Positions 1-9,257 of a DNA stretch of 64,000 nt are shown piece by piece (the stretch's first letter is position 1; the number at the start of each line of letters is the position of its first letter). Made by a program: the position numbers and the translations under genes. Under the pieces are notes generated by a model. The model ran no database searches. It worked only from the letters and a program-made list of their open reading frames with translations, and was not told the origin of the DNA. Source of the stretch: Candidatus Cloacimonadales bacterium (GTDB lineage: Bacteria; Cloacimonadota; Cloacimonadia; Cloacimonadales; JAFGVF01); NCBI GenBank assembly GCA_963677495.2, contig CAXXOU010000003.1:224001-288000 (forward strand), read 5' to 3'.

Positions 1-432
1 AATCCTGTAAGCGGGATTCCATATTCATTGCAAAAGCCTGGTGTAGAACTTGTCTGGTCAGTCTCTAGTACGGCAATAAAGGTAATAACTGTGTTACTTT
101 TATCTAGATTTGGGTATCTAATCTCTATAGCAGGATTTGTTATTGCATCAATAGTATCTCAAATCACCTTTATTGCGATTGTACTTCGTCTACTGAACAT
201 TGATAACAGGCATTATTGGAATAAATTCTTCTTACAACTTATTCCAATGATAGTTATATCCCCAACTTTTATATTACTTTATAGATGGAATAGCTATATT
301 GCGCCTCTAGTTGCATTTGTAGTTTGTACAATTTACTATATAGTGTTAAATTATTGGATAGATTATGATATAGAATCCGTTATAAAAAGAATCCTAAAAC
401 CTAATCGAGAAATCCATCAGCAAAGTTCATAA
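1..432 (+). CDS. 3' end of a polysaccharide flippase-like (Wzx/MOP) membrane protein, truncated by window start
   Basis: Frame open from base 1 (NPVSGIPYSLQKPGVE...); several hydrophobic helices; family call by general resemblance only. Confidence 0.5.
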   Translation, partial: NPVSGIPYSLQKPGVELVWSVSSTAIKVITVLLLSRFGYLISIAGFVIASIVSQITFIAIVLRLLNIDNRHYWNKFFLQLIPMIVISPTFILLYRWNSYIAPLVAFVVCTIYYIVLNYWIDYDIESVIKRILKPNREIHQQSS

Positions 433-751
433 ATCGAGCAATTTCAGCTTCAAGTTCAGTAAAAATAGGCAAGAAATCATCTTTCCTAGACTCTTTTGCA
501 GCCATCTCTAAGCGTTTTGCAACATCTGAGGTTGCATCTAAGGATAAATTTGCTCCAGTACCCTTAATTGTGTGAGCAATAATTCTAACAGTATCGACAT
601 CATTAGAGACAATAGCCTTCTTCAAATTGTCGATATCAGATGGGATTTCATCATAAAAGTCATGTAACAATTCCTTGATAAATTCTAAGTCCCCAATTCG
701 CTCCATAGCTGTAGTTTCATTGAATACCATTGCACTCATATGTCTCTCCAT
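401..751 (-). CDS. Hpt (histidine phosphotransfer) domain protein
   Basis: 'AHTIKGTGANL...AKRLE' Hpt signature; ~110 aa. Confidence 0.9.
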   Translation of the reverse strand: MERHMSAMVFNETTAMERIGDLEFIKELLHDFYDEIPSDIDNLKKAIVSNDVDTVRIIAHTIKGTGANLSLDATSDVAKRLEMAAKESRKDDFLPIFTELEAEIARFMNFADGFLD

Positions 752-906
752 AGTATTGATTTTGGCATATAATAGATAATCACATTCATTTGTAAAGAAT
801 TTTCTCTATTAACTAACCCTAAAATGGTAATTATTTAAGTAAACAGCAACAATAACTGAAACAAGTTCAATCATCTTTATCAATATTACTTAATCTGTTT
901 ATTTTA

Positions 907-934
907 TTGACACAATGCGAACTATTATTAATAT
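907..934 (+). promoter_or_regulatory. Putative sigma70 promoter of hybrid kinase
   Basis: TTGACA at 907-912, AT-rich -10-like TAATAT at 929-934, AGAGG SD before ATG 955. Confidence 0.5.
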
Positions 935-954
935 AAATTCAAGAGGTATCATTA

Positions 955-2625
955 ATGAGTAAGAAGTTTTCACAAGTCAAATCTATTTTGCGAAAGAGCT
1001 CAAGTCCTGAGAGCAAGCTAGAAGAAATGATAAATCTTCTATTTTCTGAAGTAAGCAAAGAGGAAAGAGATCAACTTGTTTTACTTTCAAAAAGTAGTTT
1101 GCTACAAAGTAGCCCAACATCAAGTTTCCTTGAACGTATGAGCCATGAAATAAGGACTCCTCTACACAGTATACTTGGTTTCTTAGAGCTACTAAGAGAA
1201 GCATTAATTGATACTGCAAAACGAGAATATGTCAATGAAGCATATAAATCTGCTGAAGTATTGCATTCGACCATTGATGATATTCTATTCTATTCAAGAA
1301 TTGAGAGTGGTCAAATTATCATTAGGGAAACTGATTTTAACCTTTCAACTTTAGTAGATGACCTTATTGACGAATTCTTGCCAATAACTGTTCAAAACAA
1401 ACTTGAAATAGTCTCCTATATGCCTGCTAGTTTATACCGCAATTTTTATGCCGATTATGAGAAGATAAGAAAGATTCTTTTTAATCTTATCGAAAACTGT
1501 ATTGAATACTCTAACACAGGCTATATCTCTCTTGAGTTTGGTCTGTTAAGCGAGACCTCAGATGCAGTAGACCTGGAAATAGATGTTATTAGCACTGGTT
1601 TAGAATATGATAATAAAAGTCTGAGCAGTCTGTTTGAATCATTTACATACTTAGGGAACTCTGCTAACGGTTCCTCGTCCTCAGGATTGAGCCTGGTTAT
1701 AAGTAAGAAACTTACTGAAATCCTTCAGGGTACTTTAATGATACAAAAGAATGAGGAAAAGGGCTTTAGATTCAAACTTAATCTAAAGGTTAACAAAAGC
1801 CGAATCGAATCTGAAATTCTTGTAAACCCTAAGCTCAATGGATATGAGACCTTGATTTTATCGTATAGTTTTGCACAAAGAATGAGATTAAACAGATATT
1901 ACAAAGATATGCATTCTAAGGTTGAAACCTTCTCAAATGAAGTAGACTTGCTATCATATCTTAAAGAAGCAAAAGCTGATAAGAGTAAATATATAATAAT
2001 TTCTGATATTATATCGTTCCATTCTCCCAATATTGGTATCTCTCAAAACTGTATAGAATATATTCAGAAACATAATTTAATGACCATTTTTCTTAGACCT
2101 TTAGGTATTTCGTTCCCTTCTAACTATCCCATCGCAGATGCTATATATCTGCACCAACCATTAAAACTTACCGAGATTATCTCTTCAACCCACAAGCTTC
2201 TTAATAATAGTTATAGCATTCGTAGTACGGAAGATGCAATTACTTTTGTACCTGAAGAAGTTAAGATTCTTATTTGTGAAGACAATGCCATAAATCATAA
2301 GTTACTTGAGAACTATTTAAAAGGCACATACCAGAATGTTGATTTTGCTAGAAACGGAAGAGAAGGTATTCTTAAAGCAGAGAAGAACAAGTATGATATT
2401 ATTCTAATGGACTGTGAAATGCCAATAATGGATGGTTATGAGGCAACGAGACATATAAGAAATTCTTATGGGCTTAATGCAGGAGTCCCTATAATAGCTC
2501 TCACAGCTCATGTGACAAAAGAAGACAGAGAAAAGTGCTTCGCATGTGGTATGATTGAGTTTATTTCAAAACCTTTCCGTAAGGAAGGAGTTCTTAAAAC
2601 TATTCAAAAATATCTGTCCTATTAG
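955..2625 (+). CDS. Cytoplasmic hybrid histidine kinase/response regulator with degenerate ATP-binding boxes
   Basis: H-box 'MSHEIRTPL', HATPase-like region, C-terminal receiver 'ILICEDN...ILMDCEMP...IIALTA...ISKPF'. Confidence 0.85.
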   Translation: MSKKFSQVKSILRKSSSPESKLEEMINLLFSEVSKEERDQLVLLSKSSLLQSSPTSSFLERMSHEIRTPLHSILGFLELLREALIDTAKREYVNEAYKSAEVLHSTIDDILFYSRIESGQIIIRETDFNLSTLVDDLIDEFLPITVQNKLEIVSYMPASLYRNFYADYEKIRKILFNLIENCIEYSNTGYISLEFGLLSETSDAVDLEIDVISTGLEYDNKSLSSLFESFTYLGNSANGSSSSGLSLVISKKLTEILQGTLMIQKNEEKGFRFKLNLKVNKSRIESEILVNPKLNGYETLILSYSFAQRMRLNRYYKDMHSKVETFSNEVDLLSYLKEAKADKSKYIIISDIISFHSPNIGISQNCIEYIQKHNLMTIFLRPLGISFPSNYPIADAIYLHQPLKLTEIISSTHKLLNNSYSIRSTEDAITFVPEEVKILICEDNAINHKLLENYLKGTYQNVDFARNGREGILKAEKNKYDIILMDCEMPIMDGYEATRHIRNSYGLNAGVPIIALTAHVTKEDREKCFACGMIEFISKPFRKEGVLKTIQKYLSY

Positions 2626-2697
2626 TACTTTTAATTGACAGAAGACACTAGATGCATTGAAAATGTAGTTGTAGTTTAATTAACAGGGGAAAGAAAG

Positions 2698-3837
2698 ATG
2701 GAAATGAACGGATATGATTTGACTTTGAGAACGGATTACAATGAAATAAAGACATATTATGATATAATTAGTAATAATCAAGAAATTATCAATATTATTG
2801 ATTCTATACCCCTCTGGGTTTTACTACTCAATGAACACAGACAAGCAGTTTATTTCAACCAAAAGCTTTTTCATGATGTAAAAGCAGCTTCTATTGAAGA
2901 TATTATCGGGAAAAGACCAGGTGAAATCCTAAATTGTCAGTATTCAGAGCTAAATGAAGCTGGATGTGGAAACTCAGTTTTTTGCCAGTATTGTGGTGCT
3001 GTTACAGCTATCGTTAACTCATATGAAGGAAACACTCAGATTGAAGAATGTAGAATTATTCGTAACATAAACGGATTAAAGCATGCCTTAGATCTTGAAG
3101 TTACTGTTTCTTCACTTAATCTGGAGAATAAAGATTATACCCTATTTGTTATACAGGATATTAGTGATAAAAACAGAAGACAGTATTTAGAACGCATATT
3201 TCTTCACGACTTGGTGAACACAGCTTTTGCTATCAAAAGTAGTGCTGATTTAATGCTTACTGAAGATGACCCGGAACTAAAGGATGATTTGCTTAGAATA
3301 ATGTTGCCTGCTGCTAATCAACTTCTTGAGGAAATTTCAGCTCAAAGACAGATAATGAAGGCGGAGCTAAATGAATGGGAACCTGACAAGAAAGAATACT
3401 TCAGTACAATTCTAATGAAAGATTGTATCGATATTGCTCAAAACTACATACCTGATAATAGATTTGAGTTAATTGTTTCTGCAGACTCAGAGAGCTGTAA
3501 ACTATTTACTGAGGTTACATTATTAAAACGTGTGCTTATCAATATGTTAAAGAATGCTATTGAAGCTACTCAGGATAATTCACCAATAACAATTGGAGCA
3601 AAATGTCTTAACAATGAGTTTGTTCAATTTTCTGTTAACAATAATGTTTATTTGTCAGATGAAATTCGTTATCAACTTTTCCAGAGATCTTATTCAACAA
3701 AAGGTAAAGGAAGGGGTATAGGAACATATAGTATGAAGCTTTTGTCAGAACATTATTTAGGTGGTAAAGTCTCTGTTACTTCCACTAAGGAAGAAGGCAC
3801 TACATTCTATGTTACCATCCCTAAGAAATTGGATTAA
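2698..3837 (+). CDS. PAS-like sensor histidine kinase with Cys-rich motif
   Basis: 'FLHDLVN' H-box, 'NMLKNAIEA' N-box, 'STKGKGRGIG' G2; N-terminal RPGEILNC...CG...CxxC. Confidence 0.85.
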   Translation: MEMNGYDLTLRTDYNEIKTYYDIISNNQEIINIIDSIPLWVLLLNEHRQAVYFNQKLFHDVKAASIEDIIGKRPGEILNCQYSELNEAGCGNSVFCQYCGAVTAIVNSYEGNTQIEECRIIRNINGLKHALDLEVTVSSLNLENKDYTLFVIQDISDKNRRQYLERIFLHDLVNTAFAIKSSADLMLTEDDPELKDDLLRIMLPAANQLLEEISAQRQIMKAELNEWEPDKKEYFSTILMKDCIDIAQNYIPDNRFELIVSADSESCKLFTEVTLLKRVLINMLKNAIEATQDNSPITIGAKCLNNEFVQFSVNNNVYLSDEIRYQLFQRSYSTKGKGRGIGTYSMKLLSEHYLGGKVSVTSTKEEGTTFYVTIPKKLD

Positions 3838-4723
3838 TTACTTTTATTGGATGGTAATGTATATTAACTTTTCTCAAAGTATTTTTAAAATTCTCAAATA
3901 GCTTGTCTTCGAAGTTATCAGATATTTCATGCCCATGTTTGACACTTATAGAACCATCAACTTCAATGGTCAGGTTCAATATGAAATGAGTCCCGAATCT
4001 ATGCACACCAATATCAGTTACACCATATATTCCATCAATTGAGTTGGCAATATCAATAACTTCAGATTTAAAAACATCAGAAGGGATTGTATCAATTAAA
4101 TCATGAGTCGCGTCTGTGATTATTTCTATCCCTGTTCGAAGGATGAATATAGCCACTAACGCACCGGCAACTGGGTCGACCCAAGCATATTCCTGTCTGG
4201 CAAAATAGATACCAATCACTACTGCAGTTGTAGCAAACAGATCATTCAAATGGTCTGATTTCAAAGCTTTAATAGCTGGGTTTCCCGTTGTTTTAAAAAC
4301 TTTATTCGTAAATATGTATAATACTATCTTCAGAATCACAGTGAATAATGCTATGTAAATAGCCCATGATGAAATAGGTTCAAACCTAGTATGATTTAAT
4401 ACTGCTATAAATCTATCTATTGATTGCCAGGCTATTGCTAGTGCTGTTGTCACAATGAAAGCACCTATAACAATTGTAGCTATATTCTCAAACTGTTTGT
4501 GTCCGTAAGGATGCTCTTTATCAGCCGGTTTATTTGCTGCTACCAATAGTATTTTCACTGAAAGGTAATAGACTATATCTGCACCTGAATTGATACCATC
4601 AGCTATCAAAGAGTAACTATGCCCTAATATGCCACCTACCATCTTCAAAACAGTGAGGAGTATATTACTGAATAGTCCTAAATTTACTGCTAGATTGTTC
4701 TTTCTGTTTAAATGTTCCTGCAT
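3821..4723 (-). CDS. Cation diffusion facilitator (FieF-like) transporter
   Basis: 'SLIADG', 'KPADKEHPYGH', 'DHLND', 6 TM plus C-terminal dimerisation domain. Confidence 0.9.
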   Translation of the reverse strand: MQEHLNRKNNLAVNLGLFSNILLTVLKMVGGILGHSYSLIADGINSGADIVYYLSVKILLVAANKPADKEHPYGHKQFENIATIVIGAFIVTTALAIAWQSIDRFIAVLNHTRFEPISSWAIYIALFTVILKIVLYIFTNKVFKTTGNPAIKALKSDHLNDLFATTAVVIGIYFARQEYAWVDPVAGALVAIFILRTGIEIITDATHDLIDTIPSDVFKSEVIDIANSIDGIYGVTDIGVHRFGTHFILNLTIEVDGSISVKHGHEISDNFEDKLFENFKNTLRKVNIHYHPIKVINPIS

Positions 4724-4735
4724 ATAACCTGATAC

Positions 4736-5383
4736 CTATTTATTAAATAGATTATCAAGCTCCTCAATAGTGTCAACCATTATCTCAGGATGAAAACGTT
4801 CAAGAATCGCTTTTGTATTGTATCCCCAAGAAACTGCGATCATTGGAATCCCAAGTTTTCTTGCAGAAACTATGTCCCTTACCTCATCTCCTACGTAGAT
4901 AGAATTTGCTTTTGTGGCCCCTAAACGTTTGATGAATTGCTTAAGCTTTTTATGTTTATTGAAAACTCCACTACCACCATGAATATCAGTAAACAATTCT
5001 AAATTGTGATTCTTTAGAAATCGTTTTACATTCTCCTCAGAGTTACTCGTTAATATTGATAAACTATATCCCTGTTCTTTCAGCTCTCGTAAAAACTCAG
5101 GCATCCCCGGGAAAGGATGAACTGCATCAATCTCTCCCTTGATCAACATACGTATCTCTTTTATCAATATTGGGATTCTATAAAAAGGAATCTTCAATCT
5201 TTTCTTTAGAGCAAAAACACCTTCATTTCTAAACTGCTCGATATCTTCATCTGTGACAAACGGTAGTTTATATTTATGATGAATAGTGTTGAACAAATCT
5301 ATACCTGATCTCAGAGAATCAGCTATTGTTCCATCAAAATCAAATATTATGTTTTTCTTCTCTTTTAGGTTAATCTTTTTCAT
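4736..5383 (-). CDS. HAD-superfamily hydrolase (phosphoglycolate phosphatase-like)
   Basis: 'IIFDFDGTIADS', 'LTSN', 'YVGDEVRD'; start moved to ATG 5383 (MKKINL). Confidence 0.85.
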   Translation of the reverse strand: MKKINLKEKKNIIFDFDGTIADSLRSGIDLFNTIHHKYKLPFVTDEDIEQFRNEGVFALKKRLKIPFYRIPILIKEIRMLIKGEIDAVHPFPGMPEFLRELKEQGYSLSILTSNSEENVKRFLKNHNLELFTDIHGGSGVFNKHKKLKQFIKRLGATKANSIYVGDEVRDIVSARKLGIPMIAVSWGYNTKAILERFHPEIMVDTIEELDNLFNK

Positions 5384-5487
5384 TAATCCTTGCTCTTTTA
5401 TGCTTGTTAAGCCCCTTATTTTCAAAATTACTTTGACAATCAAATCGACATTGATTCATTTAAACAAAAGGTTTTAGGAAGGCGATT

Positions 5488-6108
5488 ATGTCAACATATT
5501 ACACAATATCGAATCCTGTTCAGTTTGAGCATAAGATAAACAGATCCCGTTTTATCGCATCTTTTAAATGTGTTAAATCAATCGAAGATGCAAAAAACTT
5601 CATCTCTGAAATTAGTCATGAGCACCAGTTAGCTAATCACAATTGCTGGGCTTATATTGTTGGATACAAAGGAGAAACATCCCATAGTTCAGATAATGGT
5701 GAACCTTCCGGTACTGCCGGCGTTCCAATGCTTAATGCTCTTAGAAAACATAATCTAACCAATATTGTTGTTGTTGTTACCAGGTATTTCGGTGGTGTTA
5801 AGCTTGGAATTCGAGGTCTGATTGAAGCATATAATTCTACCGTAGATTTAGGTGTTAATGCTAATAAAACCACTGCAATCGTACCTCATTCATATTATAA
5901 GCTAACTGTTCCCTATGATTTTTATGATACGCTAAAACATAGATTCAATGAGTTCAACCCGGTCTACGATAAACTGGAGTACTCTCAGAAGATTGACTTT
6001 GAAATGATAATAGAATCAAAAGCTAAGAAGGTAGTAGACACCTATCTTGATGAGTGGAACCGCTCTGGGAAAATCAGCTCGGAACATCTAAAAGATACAG
6101 AAGACTAG
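5488..6108 (+). CDS. yigZ: YigZ/IMPACT family protein
   Basis: 'HNCWAY', 'SDNGEPSGTAG', 'VTRYFGGVKLG'. Confidence 0.9.
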   Translation: MSTYYTISNPVQFEHKINRSRFIASFKCVKSIEDAKNFISEISHEHQLANHNCWAYIVGYKGETSHSSDNGEPSGTAGVPMLNALRKHNLTNIVVVVTRYFGGVKLGIRGLIEAYNSTVDLGVNANKTTAIVPHSYYKLTVPYDFYDTLKHRFNEFNPVYDKLEYSQKIDFEMIIESKAKKVVDTYLDEWNRSGKISSEHLKDTED

Positions 6109-6281
6109 CCACATTTCTATATATATCTACACAAATTTCTCTCTGATATTTGCGCCTGTTCTAATGATTTAGGGCTTTTCTTCATGTTTCATCCAATTTT
6201 TCTACACTAATCACAATATAAAGTAGCATTGTATTCGCACTCTCACTCTTCTGCATTAAAAAGCTGGTTTAACCCAGTATT

Positions 6282-6308
6282 AAGTTATACACATCATGTG
6301 GATAACTT
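6282..6308. promoter_or_regulatory. Opposed DnaA-box pair
   Basis: TTATACACA(6285-6293)-tca-TGTGGATAA(6297-6305); both fit TTATNCACA. Confidence 0.55.
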
Positions 6309-6319
6309 TTAGGGTTCAT

Positions 6320-6440
6320 AGGGAGGGTCTAGGGAGGCTAAAGGGAGGGACAAGCGAGATTCCAGGTTTTTGATGCAGGACATACCAGACTTGTAAAGGA
6401 CTTGTAAAGGAGGAGAAGGAGTATATTGGGAGTAAATTAG
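6320..6440. repeat. 11-bp phased degenerate repeat array
   Basis: AGGGAG at 6320, 6331, 6342, AGCGAG at 6353; GACTTGTAAAG at 6388 and 6399. Confidence 0.75.
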
Positions 6441-6523
6441 GTAACTAAAAGTACAATTTAGTGATTATTTTTCTAAAGAGTGAAACTGAGACTGCCTTAC
6501 TCTAAGTGTTATAAAGTTATTCA

Positions 6524-8629
6524 TTAATCAGTAATAATTGTGACTGGATTAGACAAAGGATGGCTTTTTAAAAGTTCAATACTCCTACTGTCTGGTTGAG
6601 AGCCACCAACAAAGATAAAATATTCTCCTGATACAAGTAGCTCCATACCTTTGTTGTCAAAACTACTTAGTTTTGAAGTAGGAATACGAAAATCCACTAA
6701 AGTAGTCTTGTTGGGGGACACATAGATTTTTTTAAAATCAATTAGTTTGAAATTGGGTGTTATGTATTTTGACTCATTGTTCTTCACATATACTTGAACT
6801 ACTTCTTGTTCCTCATTAAAAGAATCAGAAGAAACTTCTACAGACAACTGAATATTGTCTTTTTCTGTAAGTATAGCATTCTCTATCTTAAGATTTGAAT
6901 ATGTGAAATTGTGATATGAGAGTCCAAAACCAAATGAATAGAGTGGTTTTGACTCTATATACCTATATGTCCTGTTCTTCATAGAATAGTCGTCAAATGG
7001 GGGCAAATCATTCACGGAATTGACAAATGTGACCGGTAGTCTTCCGGAGGGAGAATAATCACCGAACAGAATCTCTGCAATTGCTCTACCACCCTCCGGT
7101 CCGGGATACCAGCATTGCATTATAGCATCGACATTCTCATCTGCCCACTTCACTGCTAGTGCACTACCACTTATAAGGTTTAGAATTACAGGTTTACCAA
7201 CTTTCACTACAGCTTCCAATAGTTGCTGTTGAAGACCAGGTAACTGTAAATCAATCTTATCCCCACCTGCATCTGAATTGTAGGCATCTCCAGCTTCACC
7301 TTCTATTTCGGCATCTAACCCGAGAAACATAACGACAACATCTGATTCTTGTGCAGCTATTATTGCTTCGGAAAAGTAAGTATCTTCTACGTCAAATTCA
7401 GGTTTATTGAAAAGATGGCACCCTTCTGCATAGTGTACATTCGTATTATCACTGACTACATTAATAATCCCCTGCAGTGGTGTTTCCCATCTATCAGGAG
7501 TTCCATGATAGTTTCCTATAAGAGCTTTTCGACTGTCTGCATTTGGTCCTATAACAGCGATTGATTTGATATCCTTTGAAAGAGGGAGCAAACTATCTTT
7601 GTTCTTAAGCAAGACGATTGACTCTCTGGCTGTTTGAATTGATAATTCATGGTGCTTTTCACAACTTACAACATCATATGGGATGTCGTCATACTCTGTG
7701 CTGTTCTTATCTAATATACCTAGTCTGTATCTTGCTTCAAGAAGACGCGCTACAGATTTATCAATGTTTTCCTCTTTTACTAAACCATGATGTACTGCCA
7801 TCAATAGACCTTGGTATGTATTCCCACAGTTCAGGTCACATCCATTGATTACTGCTAATGCTGCAGATTCTTCTTCTGAGTTTGTTATCTTATGAAACTG
7901 ATGGAAGTCACTAATCGCTCCACAGTCAGAAACTACATATCCTTCAAATCCCCAACACTTTCTAAGAATCTCTTCGAGAAGGAAGTTAGAGCCACATGCC
8001 GGCTCTCCATCTACTCTATTATATGCTCCCATCACAGAATAGGCTTTAGCATCTACAATGCACCTTTTAAAAGCCGGTAAATATGTTTCCCAAAGATCTT
8101 TGGGGTTAACATTAACATTGAAAGAGTGTCTATCTGCTTCTGGACCTGAGTGAACAGCAAAATGCTTGGGAGTAGCAATTGTCTTGAGATAATTGGGATT
8201 GTTTCCTTGTAATCCGGTCACGAAAGCATATCCCATTTCTCCGGTCAGATAAGGATCTTCTCCATAGGTCTCATGACCTCTACCCCACCTTGGATCTCTG
8301 AAGATATTGATATTGGGAGACCAAAAGGTTAGTCCTCTGTAAATTCCACTGTCCCCAATCTGTGAAAACTTGTTATATTTAGCCCTAGCTTCATCAGAGA
8401 TAGCTGTAGCAACTTTATACATAAGCTCTGAGTTGAAGGTTGCAGCCATTCCAATAGCTTGTGGGAAAACAGTTGCAGTGCCGGCACGTGCTACACCATG
8501 CAAGCATTCATTCCACCAGTTATATACAGGTATACCCAATCGCTCAATCGCAGGAGCTGCATGCAACATCTGAGAGATCTTTTCTTCAAGAGTCATTTGA
8601 GAGACAAGATTCTTGATTGCTTTATTCAT
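6524..8629 (-). CDS. Glycoside hydrolase family 3 (beta-xylosidase/beta-glucosidase), no signal peptide
   Basis: 'WWNECLHGVAR', 'WGRGHETYGEDP', 'KHF', nucleophile 'VVSDCGA', C-terminal FnIII-like domain. Confidence 0.93.
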   Translation of the reverse strand: MNKAIKNLVSQMTLEEKISQMLHAAPAIERLGIPVYNWWNECLHGVARAGTATVFPQAIGMAATFNSELMYKVATAISDEARAKYNKFSQIGDSGIYRGLTFWSPNINIFRDPRWGRGHETYGEDPYLTGEMGYAFVTGLQGNNPNYLKTIATPKHFAVHSGPEADRHSFNVNVNPKDLWETYLPAFKRCIVDAKAYSVMGAYNRVDGEPACGSNFLLEEILRKCWGFEGYVVSDCGAISDFHQFHKITNSEEESAALAVINGCDLNCGNTYQGLLMAVHHGLVKEENIDKSVARLLEARYRLGILDKNSTEYDDIPYDVVSCEKHHELSIQTARESIVLLKNKDSLLPLSKDIKSIAVIGPNADSRKALIGNYHGTPDRWETPLQGIINVVSDNTNVHYAEGCHLFNKPEFDVEDTYFSEAIIAAQESDVVVMFLGLDAEIEGEAGDAYNSDAGGDKIDLQLPGLQQQLLEAVVKVGKPVILNLISGSALAVKWADENVDAIMQCWYPGPEGGRAIAEILFGDYSPSGRLPVTFVNSVNDLPPFDDYSMKNRTYRYIESKPLYSFGFGLSYHNFTYSNLKIENAILTEKDNIQLSVEVSSDSFNEEQEVVQVYVKNNESKYITPNFKLIDFKKIYVSPNKTTLVDFRIPTSKLSSFDNKGMELLVSGEYFIFVGGSQPDSRSIELLKSHPLSNPVTIITD

Positions 8630-8631
8630 AA

Positions 8632-9246
8632 CTACATACTCATCATCAAGAAGCCTGAGAATCCGGCATTACTATCGGATAAAGATGCATCAACATGAGT
8701 CTTCATCTCATTTATATAGTCACGATAACGAGTGTAGAACTCATAAGTAGGAGTTGGTTTATATTTAATATCCTCTATCTCCATGAGCTTAAGAATACCT
8801 TTCACTGTAGTTGGCTTAATAAAAACGTCATACTGGGGATTGTAATAGGTAGGGATAACAGTTATAAGGGTCCATTTAGCTAGTTTATAATCTTTTAAAA
8901 TATCAACCAGTAGGTTAAATCCAATCTTTTCATTCCCATGTAGAAGCTCTTTCAGAGCAATTGATAACTCCATCTTTTGCCCCGGATCAAACATGTTAAC
9001 AGCATCCCTAAACTTTGGCTTCTCGAAGAGTGATACTAAAGAAGAACGACTCACAATCTTGATCATATTATCCACTATCACTGCCGGATTATCGAACTTA
9101 TCAAGTGCAAAGTTCTCGTGACAGAACTTAACTCTTAAGTCTAGCTTGTGCTTCTTTACTATCTCCACCATCTCAGGATGATTAAATCCACTCGGATACT
9201 TCTCTAAAAACTTCTTCTCCGCTTCTTTTAGTTTTGCAATGTTCAT
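8632..9246 (-). CDS. Hypothetical protein
   Basis: 204-aa ORF with GGAG SD, stop 2 nt before GH3 start; no motif recognised. Confidence 0.7.
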   Translation of the reverse strand: MNIAKLKEAEKKFLEKYPSGFNHPEMVEIVKKHKLDLRVKFCHENFALDKFDNPAVIVDNMIKIVSRSSLVSLFEKPKFRDAVNMFDPGQKMELSIALKELLHGNEKIGFNLLVDILKDYKLAKWTLITVIPTYYNPQYDVFIKPTTVKGILKLMEIEDIKYKPTPTYEFYTRYRDYINEMKTHVDASLSDSNAGFSGFLMMSM

Positions 9247-9257
9247 AGGTTCTCCTA

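Noticed and set aside
6282..6308. Replication origin
   Set aside because: Only two DnaA boxes, no dnaA/dnaN/gidA context, and a similar pair recurs at 44.9 kb
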